NCBI GenBank assembly: GCA_051294905.1
Contig: CM119385.1
Location: 16,616,001 to 16,680,000, forward strand
Reading direction: 5' to 3'
Source of the DNA: Botryllus schlosseri
Lineage: Eukaryota
Length of the DNA stretch: 64,000 bases
Part shown: piece by piece, positions 27,601 through 38,743 of the stretch
How positions within the stretch are numbered: the first letter of the stretch is position 1
Layout: each line of letters opens with the position of its first letter
Notes under the pieces: generated by a model
Database searches by the model: none
Told to the model about the DNA's origin: nothing
Seen by the model: only the letters and a program-made list of their open reading frames with translations
Position numbers and translations under genes: made by a program

Positions 27601-28399
27601 TTTACAGTTATTACGCGTTTGTTATGGTACGATTCGTAGGCAATAAATCCAAGGTCTGAGTACGGAATGGGCAACAATCCTTGTGGTCAGGAAATTAGAT
27701 TACGATACGATGTGTTCATAATTTTATCGAAATTACGCATGATAAATGTTGTTCATTAAATCACCGATCAAGCGGAAAGTCTCGACAACGGCCCCAATAC
27801 CTCGCTATACCTTCAGATATTTTGATGTTGCAAAATATGGAAATTTTTCTCGCGAACACGACGTCTTAAAGCATCAAGTATGAGCAAGGAATCTCAGAAC
27901 ATATCACAAGTTCAACGGCACCTCAACAATACAATAGTGTACTTACCAATAACCATAAACGGCGAAGATACCCCATGAACGATAGCGCCAATGATGCCTA
28001 ATAATATGAGGAGCTTGTCTGACACATCCGAGTGCCTGAACTATTGAATGGAATTTCAATATTAGAGATTACATGTGTTTGGACATCACGAAAGCGCGTT
28101 AACGTACTAAGGATATAAATGAGGTAGGTGCAGGGTTTTCTTCTGTCGTTCGGTGGATTTTCGGTAGTTTCACTGAATATTCCATCGCGCTTTTGTCGTA
28201 TTCATCACCATTTTCGAAACCAGACTTTTCCGTCCCATTTCTGTGAGACGAAATCTTTAATTTGAATCGTGGATATAACTATATGTGTCTAAATCGAAGA
28301 AATGAATTACCCAAATTCTGATATCATAGCTTTGTTGTCGTAGCAATGAAGTTCATTATTCCCACCCTTCCCGGGTAATTTCCGTTTTTTGTTGAGCAT
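457..28399 (-). CDS. ABCB1: ABCB1/MDR1 (P-glycoprotein)-like full ABC transporter, 22 exons visible, 3' end (NBD2) outside the window; possible frameshift in exon 15
   Basis: Exons 28311-28399, 28108-28240, 27947-28040, 22594-22726, 21646-21733, 20463-20596, 17647-17818, 16440-16564, 14528-14705, 14305-14418, 14142-14249, 12485-12610, 12081-12284, 10890-11060, 9443-9744, 9065-9271, 8197-8301, 6192-6353, 4244-4444, 3476-3576, 3262-3402, 457-619. All introns are GT-AG with compatible phases. Motifs: Walker [11 protein letters not shown]-loop [25 protein letters not shown]-loop THK, two TMDs. Exact orthology among ABCB1/4/5/11 is not resolvable by eye. Confidence 0.93.
800..2744. mobile_element. 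1.95-kb non-autonomous hAT-type element, copy A
   Basis: TIRs cagtggcggctcgt / acgagccgccactg; perfect 8-bp TSD acaaagct. Confidence 0.9.
3262..3402 (-). CDS. ABCB1: ABCB1-like exon 21 (TM11, [12 protein letters not shown])
   Basis: 141 bp; cag| and |gtgagc. Confidence 0.92.
3476..3576 (-). CDS. ABCB1: ABCB1-like exon 20 ([18 protein letters not shown])
   Basis: 101 bp; tag| and |gttggt. Confidence 0.88.
3710..4190 (+). repeat. Dispersed repeat, diverged copy at about 32505-32970
   Basis: Colinear similarity, e.g. atatcaatatc..ttcggcgaac, gtgcagacgcgaag, tacgaagatctacg. Confidence 0.75.
4244..4444 (-). CDS. ABCB1: ABCB1-like exon 19 (TM9-10, [16 protein letters not shown])
   Basis: 201 bp; cag| and |gtgaga. 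Confidence 0.93.
4560..4760 (-). mobile_element. tRNA-derived SINE fragment
   Basis: B-box-like gggttcaatcccc then gggtcagaccg...tggtatccattgcttccccgcttggcg; shares its head with 47688-47825. Confidence 0.6.
5628..5699 (-). tRNA. tRNA-Gly (anticodon TCC), intronic in the ABCB gene
   Basis: GCGTCGG/CCGACGC acceptor stem, anticodon loop CTTCCAA, T-arm GGTTCGATTCC, 72 nt, TTTT Pol III terminator a few nt downstream. Confidence 0.95.
6192..6353 (-). CDS. ABCB1: ABCB1-like exon 18 ([27 protein letters not shown])
   Basis: 162 bp; cag| and |gtgaga. Confidence 0.93.
6913..7320. mobile_element. One arm of a probable Tc1/pogo-type DNA transposon
   Basis: taggggagaccggggacaaatgtaac terminus with repeated aaatgtaac / ttgtaacac / gttac motifs; no partner end found. 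Confidence 0.4.
8197..8301 (-). CDS. ABCB1: ABCB1-like exon 17 (TM8, ...[13 protein letters not shown])
   Basis: Translated by hand; cag| and |gtgtgt. Confidence 0.88.
8407..8538. mobile_element. 132-bp hAT-type MITE
   Basis: TIRs tagggttgcattta / taaatgcaacccta; perfect TSD aatataaa. Confidence 0.9.
9065..9271 (-). CDS. ABCB1: ABCB1-like exon 16 ([16 protein letters not shown]...[10 protein letters not shown]7)
   Basis: LNxPEW motif; cag| and |gtaaga. Confidence 0.93.
9443..9744 (-). CDS. ABCB1: ABCB1-like exon 15 ([14 protein letters not shown] + linker), 302 bp with a frame break
   Basis: Starts in one frame and ends in another; length is 1 nt short of a multiple of 3. Confidence 0.8.
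10890..11060 (-). CDS. ABCB1: ABCB1-like exon 14 (LSGGQ signature, Walker B ILLLDQ, SALD)
   Basis: 171 bp; cag| and |gttggt. Confidence 0.95.
12081..12284 (-). CDS. ABCB1: ABCB1-like exon 13 (LDGHDI...[13 protein letters not shown]-loop)
   Basis: 204 bp; cag| and |gtatag. Confidence 0.95.
12485..12610 (-). CDS. ABCB1: ABCB1-like exon 12 (Walker [10 protein letters not shown])
   Basis: 126 bp; tag| and |gtgagt. Confidence 0.95.
12856..13835. mobile_element. 980-bp hAT-type MITE with GTGAAC/GTTCAC subterminal repeats
   Basis: TIR tagggatggtgtgaac; perfect TSD gtttaaac. Confidence 0.92.
14142..14249 (-). CDS. ABCB1: ABCB1-like exon 11 ([16 protein letters not shown]-loop)
   Basis: Follows a 55-nt intron; cag| and |gtaagt. 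Confidence 0.92.
14305..14418 (-). CDS. ABCB1: ABCB1-like exon 10 ([15 protein letters not shown]...IFDIIDK, TM6)
   Basis: 114 bp; cag| and |gtgtgt. Confidence 0.93.
14528..14705 (-). CDS. ABCB1: ABCB1-like exon 9 ([17 protein letters not shown]...[10 protein letters not shown]5)
   Basis: Strong motif match; tag| and |gtaata. Confidence 0.93.
16440..16564 (-). CDS. ABCB1: ABCB1-like exon 8 ([23 protein letters not shown])
   Basis: 125 bp; coupling-helix motif; cag| and |gtgaat. Confidence 0.93.
16828..17331. mobile_element. 504-bp member of the same MITE family with extra internal sequence
   Basis: Same ends as 8407-8538; perfect TSD gttctcac. Confidence 0.88.
17647..17818 (-). CDS. ABCB1: ABCB1-like exon 7 ([12 protein letters not shown]...[11 protein letters not shown]3-4)
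   Basis: 172 bp; cag| and |gtgaga. Confidence 0.93.
17937..18575. mobile_element. hAT-Charlie-like MITE
   Basis: cggtggttct / aagaaccactg ends; gcgaccc repeats; perfect TSD caatagat. Confidence 0.88.
20463..20596 (-). CDS. ABCB1: ABCB1-like exon 6 ([25 protein letters not shown])
   Basis: Matches the RQxxxIRxxFFxxIxxQExxWFD motif; cag| and |gtatga. Confidence 0.9.
21646..21733 (-). CDS. ABCB1: ABCB1-like exon 5 ([31 protein letters not shown]2)
   Basis: Translated by hand; tag| and |gtaaga. Confidence 0.88.
22594..22726 (-). CDS. ABCB1: ABCB1-like exon 4 (VFGELADSF, extracellular loop 1)
   Basis: VFGExxDxF motif; phase 1 in, phase 2 out. Confidence 0.88.
23565..24294. mobile_element. hAT-Charlie-like MITE
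   Basis: cagtggttctcaacc / ggttgagatccactg; TSD ttctagca/gtctagca. Confidence 0.85.
27947..28040 (-). CDS. ABCB1: ABCB1-like exon 3 ([25 protein letters not shown]1)
   Basis: Elbow helix/TM1 motif; tag| and |gtaagt. Confidence 0.9.
28108..28240 (-). CDS. ABCB1: ABCB1-like exon 2 (NGTEKS...PTSFISL)
   Basis: cag| acceptor and |gtacgt donor; joins FRHSD like the human SM|FRYS junction. Confidence 0.8.
28311..28399 (-). CDS. ABCB1: ABCB1-like exon 1 (putative start [10 protein letters not shown]...YDNKAM)
   Basis: ATG at 28399 with an in-frame upstream stop; GG|gtaatt phase-2 donor fits the next exon. Confidence 0.6.
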
Positions 28400-29643
28400 A
28401 ACTCTTCTCGTAGCGGCGTGCACTCAAACAGATAATAACGCTTTGTATCACGCCGGTGGTTTATATATGCCTATATAACGAGAAATATTACATTCTGCGT
28501 TGGAGCAAAGTAAACTCCGTGTAAATTCGATGTCGGAAGAAGAACGCACGTTTGACTCCTGACTCATCGGGCCGATCGGCAAGAAAACAATAAGAAACAA
28601 AGAAATAACGGAAAATTATGCAATTTTGAAGACCATCTGTGATAGAATTGAAGTCAATTATCACAACACTTGACAAATCTTGTACCGTAACAGAATTAAA
28701 GAAACGTATGTATTGTATATTATTATACATGGTAGATATTTCAAGTCGACGTTTTTGGTTTATCGGCAAATATACGCTATTAAGTAATAAACTTATCTTA
28801 GACACGAGTGAGGCACAATGGAATAAAGTCAAGAATCGCACGTGCCAAAGAGCGTGAAGAATTAATAAATCGGTTACATCGAGAGTGCCGAATACCGATT
28901 CAACTTACATGCATGATATTCAATGCGCGTAAGTTTGAAAGCAGTACAATTTGCCGGTCGAATTCAACCAGCTATGGCAGAGGCCTCCTGGTCAGCAATC
29001 TTAGTCGGCAATCACAGGCTGCCTTGGCCTTACTACAGTATCTCAATACATTCGATCAGCTGTTGTAAACGAGCGCAGTATATCGATTGAGACCTAAAAA
29101 ACAATAAGTGCAGCCCTGGTCCTAGTTGACGTCTCTTTCGCTAAACTTGATTCCAGAATAGGTTTGGCCAACTCTTACAACTGATATGCGGTAACATTCA
29201 AACGACAGAACAGCTACGATCCGTTGGTCATCGACTCATGATGAACAAGGGATTTACGGCTACGCTGCATGACTGTGAGTCACTGCGAGTTACCGATCGT
29301 GAATAGTCAATAGTCTACAGATCCTTCTGCTCGCCTTCGGCAAAATCTGAATCTACAGGAAGTCACGGAGATCTGTGAACAGGCGACCGGTCAATTTTTC
29401 GCTTCAATTTACAGAATCAGTCAAGAGGCCCTGGGAACAGTCTCGAAACCGCCAACGCGAGCCGTGAACGTCTCATGAATGTAATTTTCACATGCCTGCT
29501 CAAAACCTGCTTCGTTTTGATCGCACAATTTGACCAGGAGCAATGAGCATATACCGCTACCTTACGGATGACGAAAATCGGGAGTAATGATTTTGATCAT
29601 AATCTAAAAAGTCTACTATAGGATATTTACTATCAATACTAAA

Positions 29644-31876
29644 CAGTGGCGGCTCGTGACAATATCGGGTGGTGGGGCAAGGGCTGCAAGCGACTTTTTA
29701 TCAAGATGACGTCACAATGGCGTTTTCCAACGTAAACAAGTAACTTAATGATGGTACGGTCAGTGGTGGCCCTACGAACGGGGGGGGGGTCTGGGCGAGA
29801 CTTACCGGGGGGCCCCTTATAAGTATCTATGCGAAACTTACGGATACGGATACGGGACTTTTCTAACAAATGCAGGGATTTGATGATGATGATTGACACA
29901 TCTGTACGGAATCATATTCTTGCTTGGTGCACGGATTTCCATGTTTATTCGTCATTCTCCTTGAAAAAAGCGCAAAATCCAAATAGGGGGGGGGGGGGCT
30001 TCGACCAGGGGGGGGCGGGCGACCGCCCACCTCGCCCACCCCGAAAGCCACCACTGGGCACGGTAACATGAATTTCCCGCCAACAGTGATTTTAACGATG
30101 TGCCACGAGAGACCCGCCGGTGAGCTGTGACTTGAAGTGTGGTAACTGCGTAAACGGCGTACGGAACAAAGATTCAACATGGTTCATGTTCGCACTAGAC
30201 CTGACTAATTATCTGCAGAAATGGAAATGACTATTCCTCGAGAGATAGCGTAAGCCTAATTGGAAAGGTCAACGAGTTCGGACAGATACGCAATTGTTAT
30301 CTCATAGATTGGGCCTGTCATATTGAATCCAAAACATCATTCTGAAGAGAATAGCAGTCTCGGAAACTCGGTCTCGGTACAGCATAGGAGATTTTGGCCT
30401 TGAAACTGGAGACTGTAACACGACACATATGGTTTTATTACTGTCTATAGGTCTGCTGCGAAATCGCCTTTGGAAAATATATTACCGAATAAATACGTGG
30501 ATGAAAGCCGTAAACTTAGTACACTGTTACACGACATGATCAAGAAGTAGCCTCATGGCCCTTTTCGGTATGGCACACTGTCAAAATTAATGCGAACAGA
30601 CCGAATTTTGCGTAAAATTTACTGAGGAATAGGCTGATCAAGTGATCAGCTGTTAGACGCCATCGAAAACGAAGTAGCTATCGCGCTTGACAGGGGGTTG
30701 TAAGCAAAGGCTTGAAGGCCACAATTTCACGGTGAAATTGACATTGGAGAATATAATATCAAAGTAAATATTTGAATGCAAACTGAGAATGATATCATCA
30801 TCTCAGTTAACGTTACCGCAGATACACTGGCTTTTGCGTGAAATCCGCAATGCGTTGTAGGCTTAAGTGTCAGATCGGAGCACATCTCTACCATACTCGA
30901 CCTTGAAAACGAAATTACTGCCCTAATCATTGAGTGTCAACCATGAGACTTGGCACAGCGTTCGATACTAAAATCAAGACATACCGTACAAAAGCTTATG
31001 ACGGATCTAGGTAAGGAGCAACGTTAAAATCAATAGAGACTAATACCGGCTTTGCGTATAATCTGTTAGCGATAAATGACGAGTCAGCTCTCACTCGAAT
31101 TAGGAAACGAAATTACCACTAACACAGTCCAGTGACAAACTTAAAACTTGGTACAGCGTTCGATACTAACATTAAGACTTACCGTGCCAAATGTCATAAC
31201 CGATCTCAGTATTGAACATCGTCAAAATCAATAGATACCAATACCGGCTTTTGAGTAAAATCTGTTTGCGATACATGACGGATCAGCACACACTCAACTT
31301 CGGAAACGGAATTACTACCCTAAACTTTAAGCAGAAACCCTGAAACTTGGGGCAGTGTTAAATACCACCATCACGACATGACATACCAAGTTTCAAGAGT
31401 TTTCGTGGTGTGAAACACCATCAAAATCAACCCATACCAGCAAAGGTCGACCAAACGCATATGACGGTAACTGAGTTCAGCTATAGATACGATTGTTACA
31501 TCACACCTTAGGGGCACAGAGCTATTGTGCCCCGGTTGCTCGGTAATTTTATGAATAGAAGAGAGTAAATCACCGTTTCTTTATTGTGCGCGGCTTTGAG
31601 AGAATAGACAGTGAAAGCTTGTTATGAGCGCTACCGGGGCATGCCCCGGCTAGGCAAGGCATTCGCAAAGCGAAAACACAGAAGAGAATTCGATTTTCGC
31701 AGAGACTTCGCTATATATATGGGCATTTACAAGCGAAAGGACAAGAAGAATACCATTTTCGCTGTGATTTCGGTATATATAGATTGGTGTGCGTCTATAA
31801 ATGGTAAAGAATTGTTATTTAACAGAATTTTAGGTGGGGCAATGCCCCAGTTGCCCTATAGGACGAGCCGCCACTG
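29644..31876. mobile_element. Same family, copy B in inverted orientation, with a nested MITE
   Basis: Reverse-complement match to 800-2744 along its length; same TIRs; no matching TSD. Confidence 0.88.
29761..30056. mobile_element. 296-bp hAT MITE nested in copy B
   Basis: TIRs cagtggtggc / gccaccactg; TSD ggtacggt/ggcacggt; copy A has the empty site at about 2626-2636. Confidence 0.85.
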
Positions 31877-31959
31877 CTTAACTACCAACAGCCTTCACGA
31901 GGCAACGGACGTTTAGATATTTGCACGACGTAGGAAATTTATGAATAGTTAAGCGAAAC

Positions 31960-33170
31960 GTCGGCTATCCTACGGTCGACGGATGTCCACATTCAAGCCG
32001 AAATACAACATACAAGCAATTTCTACTAAATGAATACTAGTCCGTCCTCAAGATCACCAGACCACGACCTGACCTATCGATCTCGCCTTCCGTGACATGC
32101 CACCTCATTTTTGTCGCTTGCTTTTCTATATTATGTTCTTTTACTTTTCATTCAGTGTGCATGCCTCCTTTACATCGCCTAGGGCAGGGGTGGTCAACCT
32201 TTTCAGCCAGAGGGCCGCATGCGATTTACGAACCATTGCGCAGGCCACTTGAATTTTGATGACCTTTTTAGTCGTCCGATAGGAGTAAACCGGATTAAGT
32301 AACGGTGGAAACAAGATCTATATCTTACTGCATCAAAATCGATAACTATTATTATTCCATAAAAACTCGTAGCCGCGCGAAGGGAAAAAATTCATAGCTA
32401 ATGAATGAATTCGGTCAATTATATTGTTACTCGCATATATCACGGGTCGCCTCTGTTAACCGCTAGGCTCGTTGGGAAAGTGCACGATCAATCAGCGCTT
32501 GGACAATGAACATATCAATATCAAAGGTTTCGGCGAACATGCATCTATCATATTGTGCAAAGGTTTTATCGCCGACGAACTTTCTGCCAGTGCAGACGCG
32601 AAGGCGCCTGTTGGACGACAGGTTCTCTCAAATTGCGGATATAGTTAGGCCTACTAGGTAGTATCGATTCTGTATTCTGGACGTATTTGGGGTTACCCAT
32701 GCTAAAAGCAAGAAATCGAGTGGAAACAAATGGCGCGAAGTGCTGAGAAAAATTTCAAGTCAAATAAATCTGCCTCGATATATTCTACTCTATGGTCATA
32801 CGAAGATCTACGAAAATTGTGGCTCGTGGCTATGCATCGTCCTAACTGATATCTTAGTCATCAACCTCCCAAATTTCGCGATCAGGCTAATCAAATTTTG
32901 GTTTGTCTTTGCAAGTTCGTAATAAATTACACGGGCAATATTTGTTATAATAAAACTGATTTTGATAATTACCTCACGGGCCACTCAAAACCTTCTTGCG
33001 CGCCACATGTGGCCCGCAGGCCATGGGTTGGTCACCCCTGGCCTAGGGCCTAGGCCAACGTGGGTGTCTGATTTCAAAGAATGCTCCAAGTCGTTTCGAC
33101 ACCTTCCAATCTTTTCATCGTATCGCAATTTTTGTGGTGCAGTGAACTGATAAAAATTGCTAATAAACCC
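31960..33170 (+). repeat. Dispersed repeat family (about 350 bp), copy interrupted by the 32185-33040 MITE
   Basis: atgtccacattcaag...gaccacgacc...gcctagg...gtgggtgtctgatt; other copies at about 48420-48760 and 49260-49850, partial at about 9900-9990 and 48935-49030. Confidence 0.8.
32185..33040. mobile_element. hAT-Charlie-like MITE
   Basis: caggggtggtcaacc / ggttggtcacccctg; perfect TSD gcctaggg. Confidence 0.88.
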
Positions 33171-34649
33171 AAATGAACGGAACGGCAATTCTGCATGCGT
33201 TTGGCAAGTATTTCATACTGGATATTATAGGAATAATAGCGCTGTTCAGGGTTGATCAAATTTCAAAAAATCCACGTTTTCAGGGGTTTCTTTATTTTGC
33301 ACAAGGAAAATAGTGAAAATAAGGACCACAAAGAAAGTTGTCGGATTAGGAGCATATATAATTTATTGCAACATTGTCGCTACCCAAAAGATATATTGAA
33401 ATCACTCACACGAATCGGACCAACTAGTGAAAATTTTTCCTCCGCGGGTTTGGGTCGCGGAATTCAGATTGCAAGGATGAGGACTATACGGCCAAGCCCA
33501 TCTCTGCATCTGGTTATATAAGTATCGAAGACCAATATGCCTTGGTCCTCTTGGACCAAGGTTCTTTCGCCGTCGAACTTTCTTGTAACTTTTTATGTCT
33601 TGGTGCGTCCTCTTGCGGAAATGGCAGGCGCCAAAATGCATCCGTAAAATATTACCGCACCCGCAATAAGTAATTACTTTAAAGTGCACACCCCTAGACT
33701 AAAGAATCCCAACGGCCTTGAGCGATACTGATTACACTGGACAGCAACAAAAAATTCATCACTGAAGGTGAGAACGATATTTAGCATAAATCGGGGCGCT
33801 AAGTTGGAAATTGGCATTGGTTTATACAGATTTTGGCTCTATTTTTCAAGATATCCCGGATTTGGACATTTTTTATCTTATTAAAACTAGGTTATTCTTT
33901 TTATCTTAAAAGCCTATATTAAATGTTTTAGTAGGTCCGTCTTTATTGAAACCACGAGAATGTGAGAAAGGTAAAACACAATTAGATTAGCGAAACGAAA
34001 CTATGCTGCATAAATCTATTCTTTTCGACATATCGAACACAAAAATACTCCATTTATTCGTAATCCATAGGATGCTCCTAATATATTGTAATTTGTGACA
34101 ATAAGCTTCCTATACCGATCAATGTGCTTGAAGTGAACAACAAATAGCAGTAATTCGGTAATAACAAACCAAGTATGCCTGGACCTACACAACGACGACA
34201 ATTTGTAAACACGGACGAAATAAACAAGCAAGCAATATTTTTTGTTTACCAATGAGTATTCAAATCTTCTCGTAGAAACGAATCAATATCGGGATGTGCA
34301 TTAGTGAAGTTCTTAGATGCAACTCCTGTTATAAGTTATTAACTCAAATTAGCTTAAAGTCATCTGCAGAAAACTCCTCTTGTACGATTTTGATGGGGAC
34401 AGATTCGCAATAGGCAGCTGGCAGTAATCAATCATAATGTGAGCATTCCAACTATCTTGATATTTCTCTTCCATTTATTTGATTTATAGAAGAAACCTTC
34501 CACCTCGTTTCTCACTCATATTTTCCGGGTTTTCGGGGAAGCGATGATGCTGAAGTTTTATCCTCATGCTTATCCTTGATCCAAGAACGTTCGTGAACAG
34601 CATCACCTCCACGTTATCCCCATAGTTTCATATTTTTTCGCCTCGACAC

Positions 34650-36016
34650 CAGAGTTGGATCAATTACATTATTTCAGTTCTATTACAATTACAATTACAA
34701 TTACTTTCATGCATGTTTCAATTACATTACAATTACAATTACTCCATGCTAAAAATATCAAATTACAATTACAATTACAATTACTTCTTGCATGCTTCAA
34801 TTACATTACAATTACAATTACAATTGCTGCTGTTGAACATGTAATTGAATAATGATAAATTCAACCGTGCTCCTTGACAACCGTTGCGTCGTAATCAACA
34901 ACAATTCAAGTATTCATGTTTCATTCATGATACGCAAATACCCGGTAATTAATAAAAGAAAAACGTTTTCGAACTATTCCAGTATGCAGTATGTCGTTGA
35001 AAAAAGTATTATAATCATGCACGGGTTGGATTTGCGTATATAGTATATAATTAAAGAAATAATATTATTTTTATCGAGGGACGTAGGAATTAAGATGAGG
35101 GGTGAAAACAAAACCGTGTTTTGTCAGATAAGACGTTATATAATATCCAGTGGTCTGGTTAGTTAGACAGACGAAGTATAACGATGCAGCATCGTGATCT
35201 GAAATCGTATTGTAGATTGCCAACCCACGGAAAGATGCGCAAGATGTGAGTAACGGATGAATGCACCGACAAACGTACTGCAGAGCCGGCTAAAAGCAGC
35301 AAACTTTATAGTCCTAGAGCTGGCGATTCAGGCGTCCAAATTTGATGCATCTGGTCTTTATCGTAAGCTAATGATGCACTAATTCCGAAAATACAAATTA
35401 AAATCTCGTCAGGACAATGTAACTGCTCCAAAATAGCCGTTTAAGGCCGACTGTTCTGAAAAGTGAGAGCGCCGCAGCAGCATGACCACAACAATGACCA
35501 ATTACTCCCAGCGATTGTTCCGAACAATGCCGATTCCCAGACTTTCACGACTATTTTGGGATGGTACCATTGCCTGGAAATATACTTTTATTGCGGAATC
35601 AGTGCGACACTAGCTTTCGTTTAGGACCATACATATCAAATTTCGACGCTTGGATCGTTAGCTATGGGACTATCAATTCTGCTGCCTTTAGCCGGCTCAG
35701 CAGTTCGCTTCTCGGCGTATTCAATCGTGAGTCACGTGTTGCGAATCCATCCGTTGGTTAGTAATCTAATAATTGTATACAATGGCAGCCGAGGCCAGCA
35801 TAGCGGTAAAAAAAATATTTTATGTTGTGCTTGTCAGGTCTCAATAGCAATTTAATGTAATTGAAATTGTAATTGAGCAAAATTTTTATCAAATTACAAT
35901 TACAATTACAATAACACAAAATAAAAATGCTTCAATTACAATTACATTACAATTACATTGAAATATGTAATTAATTACATTCAATTACATTACAAATTAC
36001 AATTGATCCAACTCTG
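34650..36016. mobile_element. hAT-type element with (AATTAC)n subterminal arrays, copy 1
   Basis: TIRs cagagttggatcaatt / aattgatccaactctg; perfect TSD ctcgacac. Confidence 0.92.
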
Positions 36017-38743
36017 CTCGACACAAGTCAAGACCTTCGTTGTTTAGCCGATCTCTAGTAGGCGTTGGTTCACTCGGTATTCGTAATAATGTTGAGGAGT
36101 CGGTGTTAATGGATTTTCTACAGCATATACTATTGCAATCTACATCTTCCACTACATCCTATATCGTAGCATCATTCGAAATCATATCTGCCAGAGACGT
36201 AATAAGCTGCAACTGGAATTTCAGGGGAGTGGGTAATTTGTGGAGCAGAGTCAATGTCGAGGAAGTGCTATGACTTCTTGTTTTTGTTCCAACCTTACAT
36301 CTCATTCATGTAAAAATATCAATCATCATGGTGGCTCTTTGGCTCGCACAAAACTGCGGGTATTACAAATTGCATCATTTAGACTTGACGTTGAGTCCAT
36401 AAGTGCGAAGCTTCAGCCTAATGCTGGCGGACCTTTGCGGTGGCCGGCGTTTATCTTGATTTCTCAACGTCGTCATACCAAAGTAGGCTACTCCTTGCAA
36501 GTGCACTTGGTGACATTTGATATTTTGAATCGCTTCATGTTCAACCTTCAACGTGTTCTTGTAACATATATGTTGCAATACAAATCTAGGTCATTACGAC
36601 ACTGTCTCTCTCCAACTATCACTCAATTTTCAACATACATATTAAAACACCCACGAATCGAAATTTCTGAAAATGATACCAAGGGACAGTATTTAATATT
36701 AAAAAGCTTCGGGAAGCGTGTTGAATTATAGCCCACTAATCATCGGTGATGAGATGAGTGTCATTTGACTCTTTCTGTAGCTAAAATGAGGGGGGTGTTA
36801 ATTGACTTAATCTGTCGGAAAAATAGTCTCTATAACTGATAATTTTCAGGATAAAACTAACTATTGCTATATCAGTGCACTACAACACACATGGTAGTAC
36901 TACATGGGAAATTATATAAACTAATCTAAGCCTATATTCACCTCCTCAAGCGCGAGTTTACCTGTATATTACCCACAAAATATTACTTTTCATGGAATAT
37001 GTAGGAAGAGGCAATGAGTCAAAAATAGAGCTAATTCGGCAAAAGTAATGCAATTTTCGGAATCAGCGCCCCTCATATGCCCCTAAATCGATCTCACATA
37101 TCATGATTTTTGAAAAAAATACTTTTCGTTGCCCTGTGCTGTATAGTTCTATCATGATTTCGGATACAGACTGAATTATGTACAATCAATTTATGTCTAT
37201 TTTTATTCGTTTATTCCATTTTTATGTTTGGGGTAGAGGTACACTAAAAAATCTAATCTGATTGCGTAAAATATGTTAGTTTCAATATTATTGACCAGAG
37301 TTCGCGCGAAAATAAACCGAAACTATCAGACTCTTTCTTCTTAGCTTCACTCTCGTTTTGCCAGACAGAATTGTTAAGAGTTAAGATACTTTGGAGGTGA
37401 GGAAATTCCCCAGAAATTGACTAATATATTCGTAATGATACAAAGTTTTATTTTATGTGAATCGGATTTTATTTTCATCAAACACAAACGGATCCGGATC
37501 CCGATTCTGCACATTTTAACTAAACAGCAGACCTACACGAAATATCTGCTCTGACCAGTGTTGCCAATTTAGCGATTTTGTCGCTAGATCTAGCGATTTT
37601 TCATTCGGTTTAGCGACAAAAATATCGATCTAGCGACTAGCGATAAATCTAGCGACTTTTGAAAAAATATTTAGCGATTTTCTAGCGATTTTTTTCGAAA
37701 ATATCTGATAATAATCAGGTTTGAGCAGCAAACATCATGCACGTTCGCCATATCTTATGCGCGCCACTGCGTCAGCACGTATCACCCATCAGCAGTCAGC
37801 AGGTAGCACGCATGGATAGGAACGTGTTATACTGACTTTTCTGGTCAATGAACACTGAACAATGGCCATGGAAGCGAAGTTAGTCATAACTTTTCCCGCC
37901 GTAAAAATCTACAATATCTTGTTCGCCAAACTCGTTGTCAAGATCCCGAACAATTGACTCCCAACACGATACTGGTAATCATAATCATGTATGCTCGTCC
38001 AATGCAATGTGCTATACAAGGTCCGATATATGAATTCTTTGCGACCACGCCTGACGAATATAGGGTCGACCCTCCAAAACTGAAATTGCGACTTTCTATA
38101 GGGGTAGCTGGATTCAATATGACTAAGAAAACTGTATTACATCGGACTTTTCTCACCAAAACGAGACGTAACAATGGCAGCAGTACCATACCAGTATTCG
38201 TATCCAATTCTATCGATATCCAATGGGAGCACGCGGTTCAAATCGTCCATCCCCACATTACTCGAATGTCGAATAACGAGTTTGATATTGGATTCGCGAA
38301 AGATACGCCACGCCAAGTATACGCCACGGACATTTGACACCACACAAGATGTAACAGCATTCGAACAAGATTTAAATACCCACCCCTCCTAAAAATGATA
38401 TAAATATTCGTTATTCGTAACAAGTTTCATTGAGATTTAACATCCTACTTATACTCGGACAAATGTCATACATAATAATTGACATTATACCATTGATCAG
38501 GTGGATGGATAGGGAAATGGAAATATATAATTGGATAGCCAGCCGCTCTAGGTAGTGGTATGTACTACTCAGTGGTATGTACTACTCAGCGGTTCGGCCC
38601 TCCTTTATTTTCTAGAATGGACGTCGTCACTACTTATAGTTGTCGGCACACCCGTTGCAAGTCATGTCGCGTTCAAGTATTCCCACCCAGTTAGGGGCGG
38701 CAAGAGGCTTTCCGCAATCACCTGTATATCGCATCACGTAGAC

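Noticed and set aside
28492-28567. Alternative upstream first coding exon (MSQESNVRSSS...) for the ABCB gene
   Set aside because: Its phase-1 donor joins the next exon only through an atypical GAG acceptor; it cannot be supported without transcripts.
28808-29600. Short ORFs upstream of the ABCB start
   Set aside because: Fragmented frames, no recognisable family and no consistent splice sites.
34655-35043. ORFs with ITITIT / LQLQLQ / YNYNYN repeats (also 40075-40292)
   Set aside because: Translation artefacts of the (AATTAC)n arrays in a transposon.
36040-36731. 163-aa plus-strand ORF and adjacent coding-like sequence, continuing across the 34650-36016 insertion
   Set aside because: No motif recognised in any frame and multiple stops on the minus strand; at most a decayed repeat.
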